Source: an uncultured delta proteobacterium | GTDB lineage: Bacteria > Myxococcota > Myxococcia > SLRQ01 | Length of the DNA stretch: 64,000 nt | Assembly: GCA_963727485.1 (NCBI GenBank) | Contig: CAVSGM010000001.1 | Coordinates: forward strand, 992,001 to 1,056,000 | Direction of reading: 5' to 3' | Shown here: positions 49,751 to 64,000 of the stretch, in pieces | Layout: every line of letters begins with the position of its first letter | Position numbering within the stretch: position 1 is the stretch's first letter | The notes under the pieces: model-generated | Database searches by the model: none | Seen by the model: only the letters and a program-made list of their open reading frames with translations | Told to the model about the DNA's origin: nothing | Translations under genes and position numbers: made by a program

Positions 49751-50431
49751 ATGGACGCCCCCAGCCTCGACCAGATCGCGCAGCGCCTGTGGAGCGAGCA
49801 CAAGTACGCCATCCTCGCCCGATCCCGGGAGGCGGCCTCGCACATCGGCGGCCTGGTGGCCCACGGGGAGCGCCAGCCGGCGGCGGTGGTCGACGCGGTC
49901 GTCGAGGCCATGGCCGGCCCCGAGACCGACCTCCCCGGGGCGGTGAACGAGGCCTGGCAGCACCTGCTCCCCCGGGTGGGCTCCCCGGCGCGCCGGGCCA
50001 TGGCCCTGACCCTGGCCCGGGATCCCGACGACGCCCGGTGGCTCATGGGCGCCGTCGCCGAGCGGGTGGGCGACGCGGTGGTCGCCGGCTCGAGGCTCTT
50101 CGATCATCCCGCGGCGGCGAGGCGCCTGTGGCTCCGGGACCACCTGGGCCCGACCATGTACATGGTCGAGGGCGGCGAGGCGGTGCGGGTCTCGCCGGCG
50201 GAGGTCGGGGGGGTGCTGGTCGACGCCTTCGGCGACGCCGCCTACGAGGTCCTGCGCCTGGTGGGCGAGGCCCCGCGGGTCCCCGCCGAGATCACCGCCG
50301 CCGTGGGCCGGAAGGGACCAAGAATCCTCGAGGCCGCCCACCGCCTGCTGATCCTCCGTCGCATCGCCGGGGTCTACCGGGGGCGGGGAGATGCCCTGCG
50401 GGTGGTCCTCTCGGGCCTGGGCATCGGTTGA
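49751..50431 (+). CDS. Hypothetical protein
   Basis: Long ORF with typical codon bias; no recognised motif. Confidence 0.6.
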   Translation: MDAPSLDQIAQRLWSEHKYAILARSREAASHIGGLVAHGERQPAAVVDAVVEAMAGPETDLPGAVNEAWQHLLPRVGSPARRAMALTLARDPDDARWLMGAVAERVGDAVVAGSRLFDHPAAARRLWLRDHLGPTMYMVEGGEAVRVSPAEVGGVLVDAFGDAAYEVLRLVGEAPRVPAEITAAVGRKGPRILEAAHRLLILRRIAGVYRGRGDALRVVLSGLGIG

Positions 50432-50457
50432 CGATCCGCCGCCCCGAGCGCTAGCAT
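50428..50457 (+). promoter_or_regulatory. Sigma70-like promoter
   Basis: TTGACG-N18-TAGCAT. Confidence 0.5.
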
Positions 50458-50600
50458 TCCCGTGTGGTGGGGCGTCCCCTGGGGCGTGCCACCGGCGACA
50501 GATAGGCGCCCTCCGGCGCCGGTACGTCTGAGAAGAGCAAGGTCCGGGTCGCCGGGCCGCGCAGAGCTGCGCACCCCCGAGGCCTCGGCCGACGGGGCAG

Positions 50601-50666
50601 GCGGGCCGCCAGCGTACGCACGAGGTCCTTCGACCTCCTGTGTACGAAGGCGGCCCGTTTTCGTTT
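50601..50666 (+). terminator. Long hairpin + U-rich tract (terminator/attenuator-like)
   Basis: GCGGGCCGCC/GGCGGCCCGT, CGTACGCA/TGTGTACG and GAGGTC/GACCTC nested stems, then TTTTCGTTT. Confidence 0.6.
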
Positions 50667-50680
50667 GGGCCCTCTGGAGG

Positions 50681-51733
50681 ATGGCGATGATGCACCGCTT
50701 CGGCGCCTACGAGCTGCAACGTCGGATCGGGGTGGGGGGGATGGCCGAGATCTGGCTGGCAATCCGCCGCGGGCCCCACGGCTTCGCCCGGCAGGTGGCC
50801 CTCAAGCGCATCCTCCCGGCCCACGCCACCGACGAGGCCTTCGTCCGCTCCTTCCTCCAGGAGGCCCGGCTCCTCTCGCAGCTCTCGCACCCCAACGTGG
50901 TGCAGGTCCACGAGGCCGGGGACGTCGACGGCACCTGGTACCTCACCATGGAGTACGTCCACGGCGCCGACCTGCGGACCCTGCTCCAGCGCTTTCGCCG
51001 CCAGCGTCGCTACCCGCCGCTCGCCTTCACCCTCAACGTCGTCGCCGACCTCTGCGCCGCCCTCGAGCACGTCCACGGGGCCACCGACGACCGGGGCCGG
51101 TCCCTCGGTCTCATCCACCGCGACGTCTCCCCCCACAACCTCCTGGTGAGCCTCGAAGGGGTGGTGAAGCTCACGGACTTCGGCATCGCCAAGGCCCTGG
51201 ACCAGGAGCACAAGACCGCCACCGGGATCCTCAAGGGCAAGATCGCCTACATGGCCCCGGAGCAGGTCCGGGGGGTGCCCGTGGATCCGCGCACCGACCT
51301 CTTCCAGGCGGGGATCGTCTTCTACGAGTGCCTGACCCTGGCCCACCCGTTCCTCGGCGGCGCCACCGGCGAGACCCTGGCGCGGATCCTCGCCGGGAAG
51401 ACCACCCGGCCCCGGACCCGGCGCCCCGAGGTGCCCCAGGTGGTCGAGGATGTCCTCCGGGACGCCCTCCGCCCCCGCCCCGACGACCGGTTCCCGGCGG
51501 CGTCGGTGATGCGCCGGGCCTGCGAGGCGGCCCTGGCCACCCTCGAGCTCCCCCGGGGCCCGGGCCCGATCCGGGCGCAGATGAGCCTCCTCTTCCCCGA
51601 GCTCAAGAGCCGGCGGCGCCCGGCGACCCCGCCCCCGATCCCCCCGGAGGCCCTCTCGGCGCCCACCCGCGACGAGGTCCGGCCCCGGCGCCCGGGGGCG
51701 CCGCCGCCGGGGACCCCCGGCGAGCGTCACTAG
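50681..51733 (+). CDS. Hanks-type Ser/Thr protein kinase
   Basis: IGVGGMAEI, VALK, HRDVSPHNLL, DFGIAK, YMAPE; GGAGG RBS. Confidence 0.93.
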   Translation: MAMMHRFGAYELQRRIGVGGMAEIWLAIRRGPHGFARQVALKRILPAHATDEAFVRSFLQEARLLSQLSHPNVVQVHEAGDVDGTWYLTMEYVHGADLRTLLQRFRRQRRYPPLAFTLNVVADLCAALEHVHGATDDRGRSLGLIHRDVSPHNLLVSLEGVVKLTDFGIAKALDQEHKTATGILKGKIAYMAPEQVRGVPVDPRTDLFQAGIVFYECLTLAHPFLGGATGETLARILAGKTTRPRTRRPEVPQVVEDVLRDALRPRPDDRFPAASVMRRACEAALATLELPRGPGPIRAQMSLLFPELKSRRRPATPPPIPPEALSAPTRDEVRPRRPGAPPPGTPGERH

Positions 51734-51815
51734 GGCGCGCGCCACCCGCCCGGCGACGGTCTCCCACCCGCGTCCGGTTTTTTGACGGACCCGGTTACGC
51801 CGGTACCGTGGGCCC

Positions 51816-52652
51816 ATGGTGCGGCGTCTCCCGGTGCTGGTCCTCGTGCTCCTCCTCCCCACCGTGGCCCGGGCCGGGGGCGCCCACCCTCGCCGTCACC
51901 CGGCCCACCCCAAGGCGGCGGCGCACCCCCTGGTCATCGCCCTCGACGCCGGGCACGGCGGGGCCAAGTCCGGGGCCGTGGGGGTCCACCACCTCCTGGA
52001 GAAGAACGTCACCCGGCGGGTGATCGCCAATCTCGCCCGGCGCCTGCGCCGGCAGGGCTACGAGGTCCACCTCACCCGCCCCGGGGACCAGGACGTGGGC
52101 CTGCGGGAGCGGGTGCGCCGGGCCAACGCCTGGCACGCCGACGTCTTCGTCTCGGTCCACTGCAACGCCGTCGCCGGCCGCCGGGCGCGTCGCGAGTCCA
52201 AGGGCATCGAGACCTACTTCCTCTCCGCCGACGCCACCGACGAGGCGGCAAGGCGCCTCGCCGAGCAGGAGAACGCCGCCGGCGACGCGCCCACCCCCAA
52301 GGTCCAGGCGAACCCGGTGGCGGCCATCTTGCGTGACCTGGTGGTCAACGCCTCCCAGGCCGAGTCGAGCCACCTCGCCGACGCCATCCAGCACAGCCTG
52401 GTGCGGGCGATGCGCTGGCCCGACCGGGGGGTGCGCCAGGCGCCCTTCGCGGTCCTCAACGGGGCCAAGATGCCCGCGGTGCTGGTGGAGATCGGCTTCA
52501 TCACCAACCCGGTGGAGGGCCGGGCCCTCGGGCGCCCGGCGGACCAGCGTCGCATCGCCGCGGCCATCGGCCGAGGGGTCCGGCGTTTCCTCCACGTCCT
52601 CGACCGGCACCGTCGCCCGGTGCAGCTCGCCGAGCGCGATCCCGTCCGGTAG
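51816..52652 (+). CDS. N-acetylmuramoyl-L-alanine amidase (Amidase_3)
   Basis: Signal peptide; LDAGHGG, EK, FVSVHCNA, PAVLVEIGFITN. Confidence 0.92.
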   Translation: MVRRLPVLVLVLLLPTVARAGGAHPRRHPAHPKAAAHPLVIALDAGHGGAKSGAVGVHHLLEKNVTRRVIANLARRLRRQGYEVHLTRPGDQDVGLRERVRRANAWHADVFVSVHCNAVAGRRARRESKGIETYFLSADATDEAARRLAEQENAAGDAPTPKVQANPVAAILRDLVVNASQAESSHLADAIQHSLVRAMRWPDRGVRQAPFAVLNGAKMPAVLVEIGFITNPVEGRALGRPADQRRIAAAIGRGVRRFLHVLDRHRRPVQLAERDPVR

Positions 52653-52709
52653 GCGGCGCCGCGGTCTCCAGCCTCGACCCCGGGGGCCCGGTGGCCTATG
52701 GTGCGCGCC

Positions 52710-53438
52710 ATGTACATCGAGCGCGCCGGCCGGGGCCTTGACGCCCTGCGGCCCATCACCATCGTCCCCGACTTCACCCGGCACCCCGAGGGCAGCGCCC
52801 TGGTGACCTTCGGGGAGACCCGGGTCCTGTGCACCGCCAGCTACGAGGGGCGGGTGCCGCCGTTTCGCATGGGCTCGGGCGAGGGGTGGATCACCGCCGA
52901 GTACGGCATGCTCCCCCGGGCCACCCACACCCGCAGCGACCGCGAGGCCGCCAAGGGCAAGCAGAAGGGGCGCACGGTGGAGATCCAGCGCCTCATCGGC
53001 CGGTCGCTGCGCCAGGCGGTGGACCTGAAGGCCCTCGGCGAGCGCACCTTCGTCATCGACTGCGACGTGCTCCAGGCCGACGGGGGCACCCGCACCGCGG
53101 CGATCACCGGCGGCTACGTGGCGCTCGCCATCGCGCTCAAGCGCCTCCAGGCCGACGGCACCCTCTCGGTGGACCCGCTGCGGGCCCCGGTGGCGGCGGT
53201 GAGCGTGGGCCTCATCGGCGGCGAGGTGCGCCTCGACCTCGACTACGCCGAGGACAGCAACGCCGAGGTGGACATGAACGTCGTCGCCAACGTCGAGCGG
53301 GAGCTCATCGAGGTCCAGGGCACCGGCGAGGGGCGGACCTTCGCCCGCAGCCAGCTCGACCAGATGCTCGACCTCGCCCTCGAGGGCATCGAGCGCCTCG
53401 CGGTGCACCAGCGCGCGGCCATCGAGGCGGCGGGATGA
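52710..53438 (+). CDS. rph: Ribonuclease PH
   Basis: [54 protein letters not shown]. Confidence 0.96.
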   Translation: MYIERAGRGLDALRPITIVPDFTRHPEGSALVTFGETRVLCTASYEGRVPPFRMGSGEGWITAEYGMLPRATHTRSDREAAKGKQKGRTVEIQRLIGRSLRQAVDLKALGERTFVIDCDVLQADGGTRTAAITGGYVALAIALKRLQADGTLSVDPLRAPVAAVSVGLIGGEVRLDLDYAEDSNAEVDMNVVANVERELIEVQGTGEGRTFARSQLDQMLDLALEGIERLAVHQRAAIEAAG

Positions 53439-54082
53439 AGCGGCTGGTGGTCGCCTCGAGGAGCGCCCACAAGCTCGAGGAGCTCCGCCGGATGGTGGCG
53501 CCGCTCCTCGAGGCCGGGCGCCTCGAGGTGGTGAGCGTCGCCGAGGTCGAGGCCGAGACCGGCGCCGCCCTCCCGGAGGTCGAGGAGGACGCCCCGGACT
53601 TCGCCGGCAACGCCGAGAAGAAGGCCCGGGCGATCGCCGAGCACGCCGGGCACCTGGCCCTGGGCGACGACTCGGGGCTCTGCGTCGACGCCCTCGGCGG
53701 CGCCCCGGGGGTCTACTCGGCGCGCTACAGCGGCGCCGAGGGCGAGTGGCGGGACGCCGCCAACAACGAGAAGCTCCTCGCCGAGCTCCAAGGCGTCCCC
53801 GAGGCGCAGCGGGGGGCGTCGTTCGTCTGCGCCCTGTCCCTGGTGGCCCCCGACGGCCGGGTGTGGCAGGTCGAGGGCCGCTGCCACGGCCGCATCGCCC
53901 TGGTGCCCCGGGGCGAGGGGGGCTTCGGCTACGATCCCCTCTTCGTGAGCCTGGAGCCGGGTCTCGACGGGACCCGGACCCACGGGGAGCTCACCGCCGA
54001 GGAGAAGGACCGGGTCAGCCACCGGGGCCGGGCCCTCCGGGCGCTGCTGCCGCTCCTCGACGAGGTGGTGGGCGAACCGTGA
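53435..54082 (+). CDS. rdgB: Non-canonical purine NTP pyrophosphatase
   Basis: [37 protein letters not shown] overlap with rph. Confidence 0.94.
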   Translation: MKRLVVASRSAHKLEELRRMVAPLLEAGRLEVVSVAEVEAETGAALPEVEEDAPDFAGNAEKKARAIAEHAGHLALGDDSGLCVDALGGAPGVYSARYSGAEGEWRDAANNEKLLAELQGVPEAQRGASFVCALSLVAPDGRVWQVEGRCHGRIALVPRGEGGFGYDPLFVSLEPGLDGTRTHGELTAEEKDRVSHRGRALRALLPLLDEVVGEP

Positions 54083-54090
54083 CTCCGCTC

Positions 54091-54119
54091 TTGACGTCCC
54101 GCCGGAGCTGCTCTAATAC
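54091..54119 (+). promoter_or_regulatory. Sigma70-like promoter of the tRNA operon
   Basis: TTGACG-N17-TAATAC just upstream of tRNA-Pro. Confidence 0.6.
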
Positions 54120-54135
54120 GACCGCTCCCGCGTTG

Positions 54136-54212
<77 letters not shown>

Positions 54213-54229
54213 TTCCCACAGACGGGTTC

Positions 54230-54306
54230 GCGCCAGTAGCTCAGTCGGATAGAGCAGCGGCCTTCTAAGCCGCGGGTCGGGGGTTCGATCCCCTCCTGGC
54301 GCGCCA
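54230..54306 (+). tRNA. tRNA-Arg(TCT)
   Basis: GCGGC-CT-TCT-AA-GCCGC; GGTTCGATCCC; CCA. Confidence 0.96.
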
Positions 54307-54330
54307 AAAGGCCACACACATCGCGAATAC

Positions 54331-54407
54331 GGTGACCATAGCTCAATTGGCAGAGCGCCGGACTGTGGCTCCGGAGGTTGAGGGTTCAATCCCCTCTGGT
54401 CACCCCA
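54331..54407 (+). tRNA. tRNA-His(GTG)
   Basis: CCGGA-CT-GTG-GC-TCCGG; extra G-1; CCA. Confidence 0.96.
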
Positions 54408-54424
54408 AGATGCACCACGGACAT

Positions 54425-54500
54425 GGGGGCGTAGCTCAACTGGCAGAGCAATGGACTCTTAATCCATAGGTTGAAGGTTCGATTCCTTCCGCCCTCACCA
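54425..54500 (+). tRNA. tRNA-Lys(CTT)
   Basis: ATGGA-CT-CTT-AA-TCCAT; GGTTCGATTCC; CCA. Confidence 0.96.
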
Positions 54501-54504
54501 TCCG

Positions 54505-54541
54505 AAGGCCGCCGGTACTCAAGGTACCGGCGGCCTTTTTT
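54505..54541 (+). terminator. Intrinsic terminator of the tRNA operon
   Basis: AAGGCCGCCGGTAC-TCAAG-GTACCGGCGGCCTT followed by a T run. Confidence 0.9.
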
Positions 54542-54560
54542 CGTCCCGGGGGCCGTCGGG

Positions 54561-55185
54561 TCAGAGCCGGCTCTGGCTCCGGCCGATGGCCCGGAGGAGC
54601 GGTCCGGTCGGGGCGATCCCCCGGAGGCTGACGTCCAGGAGGTAGGGCCTCGGCTGGCCCGGCGCCGGCGGGTAGACCGCGGTCTGGCCGCAGCTCTCCT
54701 CCTCGCCCCGGAGGGCGACCCGGAGGGTGTAGGTCACCGGGTGCCGCGTCGCCGGCAGGGGGCAGGCGAGGCGCGGATCGCGCTGCCACCCCGGGCGCAG
54801 GGGCCGGTCGGCGTAGCACACCAGCGCTCCGTCGCCGTCGAGGACCTGGAGGCAGTATCCCCCGGGGCCCCCCTCGTCCTCGCAGCCGCCGCCCGGTCCC
54901 GCCGTCGGCCTCGGCCTCGTGGTCCCCGGCGGGGCGGCCGAGGGTCTGGTAGACGTCGGCGTCGAGGGTGGCGAAGAGGATCTCACCCCCGGCGCTCCGG
55001 AAGGTGTAGTCGGCGTAGGCGCCGGTGAGGGCCCCGGCCACCGAGCCCACCCCGGCCTCCCTCACCACCTGGGCCCCGGCGGGGTCCGGGCGGGCGAGGC
55101 CGCAGGCGAGCACCAGGGCGACCGCGGCGACGACGAGGCCGCTGCCGAGGCTCGCCCGGACGAGGAGTCGCGGTCGAGGCGTCAT
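54561..55185 (-). CDS. Hypothetical exported protein (frameshift ~54900)
   Basis: Signal-like N-terminus in ORF ..55185; Cys-containing C-terminus in ORF 54561..54986. Confidence 0.55.
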
Positions 55186-56274
55186 CGCCGGTGCCCCCCG
55201 CCGCCGCCCGGCTTGCTGTTGATGAAGATGTCGATCCAGGTCAGCCCGCCGCCCACGTCGCCGGCGAGGCGCGGGTCACCTTCGGGGATCACCTCGGCGG
55301 TGCCGGCGGTGCCGGCCACGTTGACCACCGCGGTGTTGGTGTCGAACGAGGTGTTCAGGGTGTGGGTGCAGGGGCCGCCCACGTCGGGGCCGCCGTCGAG
55401 GACGAAGGTGAGCCGGTAGAGGCCCGCGCCCTCGCCGGTCTTCCGCAGGTTGAGGTTGTAGCCGTAGATGAGGTTGCCCCCGACGTTCACCTCGGCGTTG
55501 AAGCCGCCGGCGTAGGTCGACCCCTCGAAGGACGGCGAGTTGGCGCCGTTCACCCACCGGCCGCCGGTGCCGCTCCAGGTGAGCTGCGCCGGGTCGCCGG
55601 TCACCTTCTGGATCAGGAACCGGGTGCAGGCCGAGTACACGGTGGCGTGGAAGCCCGGGTGCACGGTGGTCGGGTCCACCAGCGACTGGTCGGTGCCCCG
55701 CATCTCGCTCGGGGAGTTCTCGGTCCCCGGGACCGCCGGGCTCATGGCGAAGGCGAAGAGGTCCTCCGCGCTCACGCCGCCGGGGCTGCCGGTGGCGTCC
55801 TCGTAGAGGACGGTCTCCACCCGGATTCTGGGAGCGGGTGTTGAGGTTGGTCCTCGACTCCAGGAGGTCACCCCAGTCGATGGCGGTGACCGCCAGGGGC
55901 TCGGTGGCCACCGGGCTGGGGGCCTGCCAGGTGTTCTCGGGCCGCTGCTGGAGCCACCAGATGGTGGTGCCGTCGTACCAGCACGGGGCGTCGGCCAGGG
56001 CCACCGCCGGGTAGCACTGGGTCGAAGGCTCCGAGATTGGCGCGAAGGTCCAGCTCCCCGAGGGCAGGAACACCCAGCCGTCCGGGGCCACGCCGTCCCC
56101 GAAGATCACCGGGTAGGAGAGGCTGTTGGCCGCGGTCTCCTCCCCGGGCGGCTGCTGGCCGCCGCCCTGGCCCGGAGGGCCCTGACCGCCGGGGCCCCTG
56201 CCCTTGCCCTGGGCGAGGGCGGCGGTGGCCGGCAAGAGGATCAGGATCGCGAGCAGGTACACGACGCGCTTCAT
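55182..56274 (-). CDS. Hypothetical secreted protein (frameshift ~55830)
   Basis: Signal peptide MKRVVYLLAILILLPATAALA; continues as IRVETVLYED...LYRLTFVLD in the second frame. Confidence 0.65.
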
Positions 56275-57013
56275 GGCGTTCCCCCCGTTTCAGGCGCCGG
56301 GCCCCTCGCCCGGCGCGTGGATGCACCGCCGTCGCGGTGCACTTGGGAGGCTCGTCACCGGGCCTCGGGGATCAATCCGGGCAGATGCCCCTCGGGGACG
56401 GCGCCCCCCGGCGGGGTGGGACCGCCGTCACCGGGTGGCGGTGTCCTCCAGCGCGGCCCGGAGCTCGGCGAGGAGGCCCGGCGGCACCTGGCCCCCCGCG
56501 GCCTCCCGGGCCCGGTCGGCGGCGCCCCGGGCGTGGAGGAGATTGAGGATGCCCGCGAGGGCGTAGACGGCGCCGGCGGCCTGGTGGGGGCGGTGGCTGG
56601 CGAGGCCGGCCTCCGCGAGGACCAGGTACCGGCGGGCGAGGCGCTCGAGCTCGGCCGGGGCGAGGGGACCCATGCGTCGGGGTCGGGGCCGCGGATCGTG
56701 GCGCCGGTCGGCGGCGGTGAAGCCCGGCCGGGACGAGGTCTCGGGAACCGGGCCGGGGCCCGACGGTGAACCTGCCTGGGACGCGCCCTGCGTCTCGCGG
56801 TACATGATTTCCCCCCTGGGACCTGCGGCGGGCGCGCGGGGCATCCACGCACCCTTCACAGGACCGACAGGCTAGACAGCGGGGAGGGTGGGGCAAGCGC
56901 GTGGCGACGGCGGGACGGCGGCGTCGCCAGGGGGGGACGCGGGGGCCTCACGCGCCTTGACCTGCCCCGGCCGGGTGCCATACGTACATCCGCCCACCGC
57001 AACCAACTTCCCT

Positions 57014-57099
57014 GCGAGCGTGGCGAAACGGGTAGACGCGCCAGACTTAGGATCTGGTGGCCAAAGGCCGTGGGGGTTCGAGTCCCTCCGCTCGCACCA
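57014..57099 (+). tRNA. tRNA-Leu(TAG)
   Basis: CCAGA-CT-TAG-GA-TCTGG; long variable arm; GGTTCGAGTCC; CCA. Confidence 0.96.
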
Positions 57100-57145
57100 T
57101 CGCGGCCTACCGCCCCGCCCCGCCCCTGGCGCCTGGAGCACCCTG

Positions 57146-58672
57146 ATGAAGGTCACCGTCGAGGATCTTTCCCCTGTCCTGAAGAAGCTCTCCGTGGAGC
57201 TGCCCCCGGAGACCGTCGACAAGGCCCTCGACCGGGCCTATCGCGCCGTCGGTCGCAAGGCGAAGATCCGCGGCTTCCGCCCGGGCAAGGTGCCCCGCCG
57301 GATCCTCGAGATGCACTACGGCCACCAGGTGCTCCACGAGGTCGCCGAGGATCTCGTCCGCGAGACCTACGCCGAGGCCCTCGAGCAGGAGAAGATCGAG
57401 CCGGTGGCCTACCCCGAGGTCGAGGAGACCGGCCACGTCCACCCGGGCGAGACCTGGAGCTACTCGGCCAAGGTGTCGGTGCTCCCCGAGGTGAAGGTCA
57501 CCGAGTACGAGGGCCTCGCCGGCCAGGCGCCCACGGTCGAGGTCGGAAGCGAGGACGTCGACGGCGAGATCGATCGGATCCGCGAGGCCATGGCCCAGCT
57601 GGTCCCGGTGGAGGATCGGAAGACCGCCGAGGACGGCGACTACGTGGTCGCCGACGTGGAGGCCACCCACGACGGGCAGCGCCTCGACGACGCCTCGGGC
57701 GAGGGCTTCACCTTCGAGGTCGTGGAGGGTGACCTCACCCAGGGGAACCTCCCGGAGGCCGCGGGCAAGGCCCTGGGCGAGACGGTGACCTTCACCCAGG
57801 CCTTCCCCGCCGACCACCCCAGCGACCAGCTCAAGGGCAAGAAGGTGAGCTTCGCCGCCACCCTCAAGCAGCTCAAGCGCCGGGAGATCCCCGCCGCCGA
57901 CGACGAGCTGGCCAAGGATCTCGGTGAGGACGGCGTGGACAGCCTCCTGGCGCTCCGGGGCCTCATCCGCGAGCGGCTCACCACCCGTCGGCAGAAGGAC
58001 GCCGACCGCGACCTCCGGGACAGCCTCCTCGACAGCCTCGTGGAGAAGAACCCCATCGACGTGCCCCCGGTCCTCGTCGACCGCACCGCCGAGGCCATGG
58101 TCCGGCCGGTCCTCGAGCAGATGCTCCGCGCCGGCCTCGACCCCGAGCAGCTCGGCCAGGACGGCGGCCTCCGCCAGATGCTCGACGAGGTCCGGCCCCG
58201 GGCGGAGAAGGTGGTCAAGGGCTCGCTCCTGCTCCGGGCGCTCGCCGAGCAGGAGAAGCTCGAGGTGGCCGACGAGGACATCGAGGCCCACTATGCCGAG
58301 GTGGCCGAGGAGACGGGCAACCCCGTGGAGAAGGTCCGCGCCACCTTCAAGAAGAACGCCGAGGAGTTCGAGTCCCTGAAGCGCCGGCTCCTCGAGGACA
58401 AGGCGCTTGCCTTCATCAAGGACCGGGCTAGCATCTCCGAACCCGCGCCAGCCGCCGAGGAGGGGAAGGCCGAAGGCGCCGCCGAGGTTGAGAAGAAGCC
58501 GGCGAAGAAGGCCACCAAGAAGGCCACCGCCAAGAAGGCGCCGGCGAAGAAGGCGGCCACCGAGAAGCCCGCCACCGAGAAGACCGCGTCCAAGAAGGCC
58601 GCCACCAAGAAGGCCCCGGCGAAGAAGACCACCAAGAAGTCGGGGAAGGCGTCCGGGGACAAGTCGGAGTAA
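57146..58672 (+). CDS. tig: Trigger factor
   Basis: GFRPGKVP ribosome-binding motif; position upstream of clpP-clpX. Confidence 0.95.
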   Translation: MKVTVEDLSPVLKKLSVELPPETVDKALDRAYRAVGRKAKIRGFRPGKVPRRILEMHYGHQVLHEVAEDLVRETYAEALEQEKIEPVAYPEVEETGHVHPGETWSYSAKVSVLPEVKVTEYEGLAGQAPTVEVGSEDVDGEIDRIREAMAQLVPVEDRKTAEDGDYVVADVEATHDGQRLDDASGEGFTFEVVEGDLTQGNLPEAAGKALGETVTFTQAFPADHPSDQLKGKKVSFAATLKQLKRREIPAADDELAKDLGEDGVDSLLALRGLIRERLTTRRQKDADRDLRDSLLDSLVEKNPIDVPPVLVDRTAEAMVRPVLEQMLRAGLDPEQLGQDGGLRQMLDEVRPRAEKVVKGSLLLRALAEQEKLEVADEDIEAHYAEVAEETGNPVEKVRATFKKNAEEFESLKRRLLEDKALAFIKDRASISEPAPAAEEGKAEGAAEVEKKPAKKATKKATAKKAPAKKAATEKPATEKTASKKAATKKAPAKKTTKKSGKASGDKSE

Positions 58673-58713
58673 GATTCGGATCCCACTCAACGCCCCAACG
58701 GGGGGAGTCATCC

Positions 58714-59334
58714 ATGCCCTACGTGCCCATGCCCTACGTGGTGGAGCAGACCCATCGCGGCGAGCGCACCTACGACATCTACTCCCGGCTCCTCAAGGAC
58801 CGGATCATCTTCCTCGGCACGCCCATCGACGACGACGTGTCGAACGTGGTCACCGCCCAGCTCCTCTTCCTCGACTCCGAGGACCCGGACAAGGACATCA
58901 ACCTCTACATCAACTCCCCGGGCGGCTCGGTGACCGCCGGCCTCGCCATCTACGACACCATGCAGTACGTCAACGCCCCGGTCTCCACCATCTGCGTGGG
59001 CCAGGCGGCGTCGATGGGGGCGGTGCTCCTCGCCGCCGGTGAGCACGGCAAGCGCTTCGCGCTCCCCCACAGCCGGGTGATGATCGACCAGCCCCTCGGC
59101 GGGTTCCAGGGCCAGGCGTCGGACATCGAGATCCACGCCAAGGAGATCATCATGATGAAGGAGATGCTCAACCGGATGCTCGCCGAGCACACCGGCCAGG
59201 ACTACGACCGGATCGCCACCGACACCGATCGTGACTTCTTCATGAGCGCCGGTGCGGCCAAGGAGTACGGCCTCATCGACGAGGTGGTCACCGCCAACAA
59301 GGCCACCGAGGCCAAGGGCGACAAGAAGGACTAG
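58714..59334 (+). CDS. clpP: ATP-dependent Clp protease proteolytic subunit (catalytic His reads Asp)
   Basis: [45 protein letters not shown]. Confidence 0.95.
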   Translation: MPYVPMPYVVEQTHRGERTYDIYSRLLKDRIIFLGTPIDDDVSNVVTAQLLFLDSEDPDKDINLYINSPGGSVTAGLAIYDTMQYVNAPVSTICVGQAASMGAVLLAAGEHGKRFALPHSRVMIDQPLGGFQGQASDIEIHAKEIIMMKEMLNRMLAEHTGQDYDRIATDTDRDFFMSAGAAKEYGLIDEVVTANKATEAKGDKKD

Positions 59335-59343
59335 GTCCCAGGA

Positions 59344-60585
<1,242 letters not shown>

Positions 60586-60704
60586 CGGCGCCCGGTCCCC
60601 ACCCCTCCTCGAGCCCCGGCCGACGCCCGCCATCGGTCGTCGTCTGGCGCCTGACGCCTCCCGGGCGCTAGATTGGGCGGAACCGGCACCCGGAGCGACG
60701 AGCG

Positions 60705-63141
<2,437 letters not shown>

Positions 63142-63220
63142 ACCGCTCGGCAGCGATGGGGTGGAATAGTCCCCGGTCGCCCGGGTTCCCCCATCTGGCG
63201 GCCGAGGCCGCACCGACTCC

Positions 63221-64000
63221 ATGCGCGTCGCCCGAAAGCTGGTCCTGGCCCTGGTGGTGGTCATCGCTGCCGTCCTCGCGGTGCAGGTGTACCTGCGCGT
63301 CGAGCGCGAGGACGCCATGACCGAGGCCGACATGCGGGGCGACCACGACGTCCTCGCCAAGGGCCTGGCCACGGCGGTGGAGCGGGTGTGGGAGACCCAC
63401 GGCCAGGGCGAGGCCCTGTCGCTGGTCCGGCGTCTCAACCAGGAGGAGCGCAACATCAAGGTCCGGTGGGTGTGGCTCGACGCGCCGCCCGGGAGCGCGG
63501 AGGCGCCCCTGGCCCCCGCGGGCACCCTGGGGCCGGTGCGCAACGGCCGGGAGATCCACGTCGTCGACCGCGCCATCCCCCCCGACGGGGTGCTCCTCAC
63601 CTACCGGCCGGTGGACGTCCCCGGGGGCTTCGGCGGGGCCTTGGAGCTCGCCGAGAGCCTCCAGCCCGAGGAGCGCTACGTGAGCGTGAGCACCATCCGC
63701 TCCGGGGTCACCGCCGCGGTGCTGGCCCTGCTCACCGCCATCGTGGCCCTGGCCCTGGGAACCTGGTTCGTGGGCCGGCCGGTGCAGGCCCTCATCGCCA
63801 AGGCCCGCCGGGTCGGCGACGGCGATCTCGCCGGACCCCTGCACCTCAGGCAGCACGACGAGCTCTCGGAGCTGGCCGAGGAGATGAACCTGATGTGCAC
63901 CCGGCTCTCCGAGGCCAACCGCCGGATCTCCGAGGAGACCCAGGCCAAGCTCCAGGCGGTGGAGCAGCTGCGCCACGCCGACCGTCTGATGACCGTGGGC
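63221..64000 (+). CDS. Membrane sensor histidine kinase with HAMP domain (runs off window)
   Basis: Manual translation: two TM segments, RPVQALIAKARRVGDGDL..DELSELAEEMN (HAMP), QLRHADRLMTVG. Confidence 0.85.
   Translation, partial: MRVARKLVLALVVVIAAVLAVQVYLRVEREDAMTEADMRGDHDVLAKGLATAVERVWETHGQGEALSLVRRLNQEERNIKVRWVWLDAPPGSAEAPLAPAGTLGPVRNGREIHVVDRAIPPDGVLLTYRPVDVPGGFGGALELAESLQPEERYVSVSTIRSGVTAAVLALLTAIVALALGTWFVGRPVQALIAKARRVGDGDLAGPLHLRQHDELSELAEEMNLMCTRLSEANRRISEETQAKLQAVEQLRHADRLMTVG

Overview
Very GC-rich bacterial DNA whose gene content points to Myxococcota/Deltaproteobacteria (inference from a Ser/Thr kinase, sigma54-type promoters, DUF4388 and STAS/SEC14-like proteins). About 55 CDSs and 5 tRNAs are supported. 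The right end is housekeeping: amidase-rph-rdgB, tRNA Pro/Arg/His/Lys, tRNA-Leu, tig-clpP-clpX-lon. The left and middle are mixed metabolic and accessory genes. Many genes carry single-base frameshifts, densest in lon, which looks like uncorrected long-read error. Main points: (1) a tightly coupled TetR + SAM methyltransferase + HgcAB-like corrinoid/membrane/ferredoxin fusion operon behind a perfect 13-bp inverted repeat, a candidate inducible B12-dependent methylation system of unknown substrate; (2) a BCP/PrxQ peroxiredoxin with an in-frame UGA at the peroxidatic Cys and a SECIS-like hairpin, probably a selenoprotein; (3) a lipoprotein GH25 muramidase with five FN3-like repeats behind a sigma54-type promoter; (4) a RAYT-like HUH transposase behind a PafBC/RecA-NDp-like promoter motif; (5) a promoter-to-terminator structured ~200-nt leader or ncRNA before a Ser/Thr kinase. 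All family calls come from motif recognition by eye; no database searches were run.
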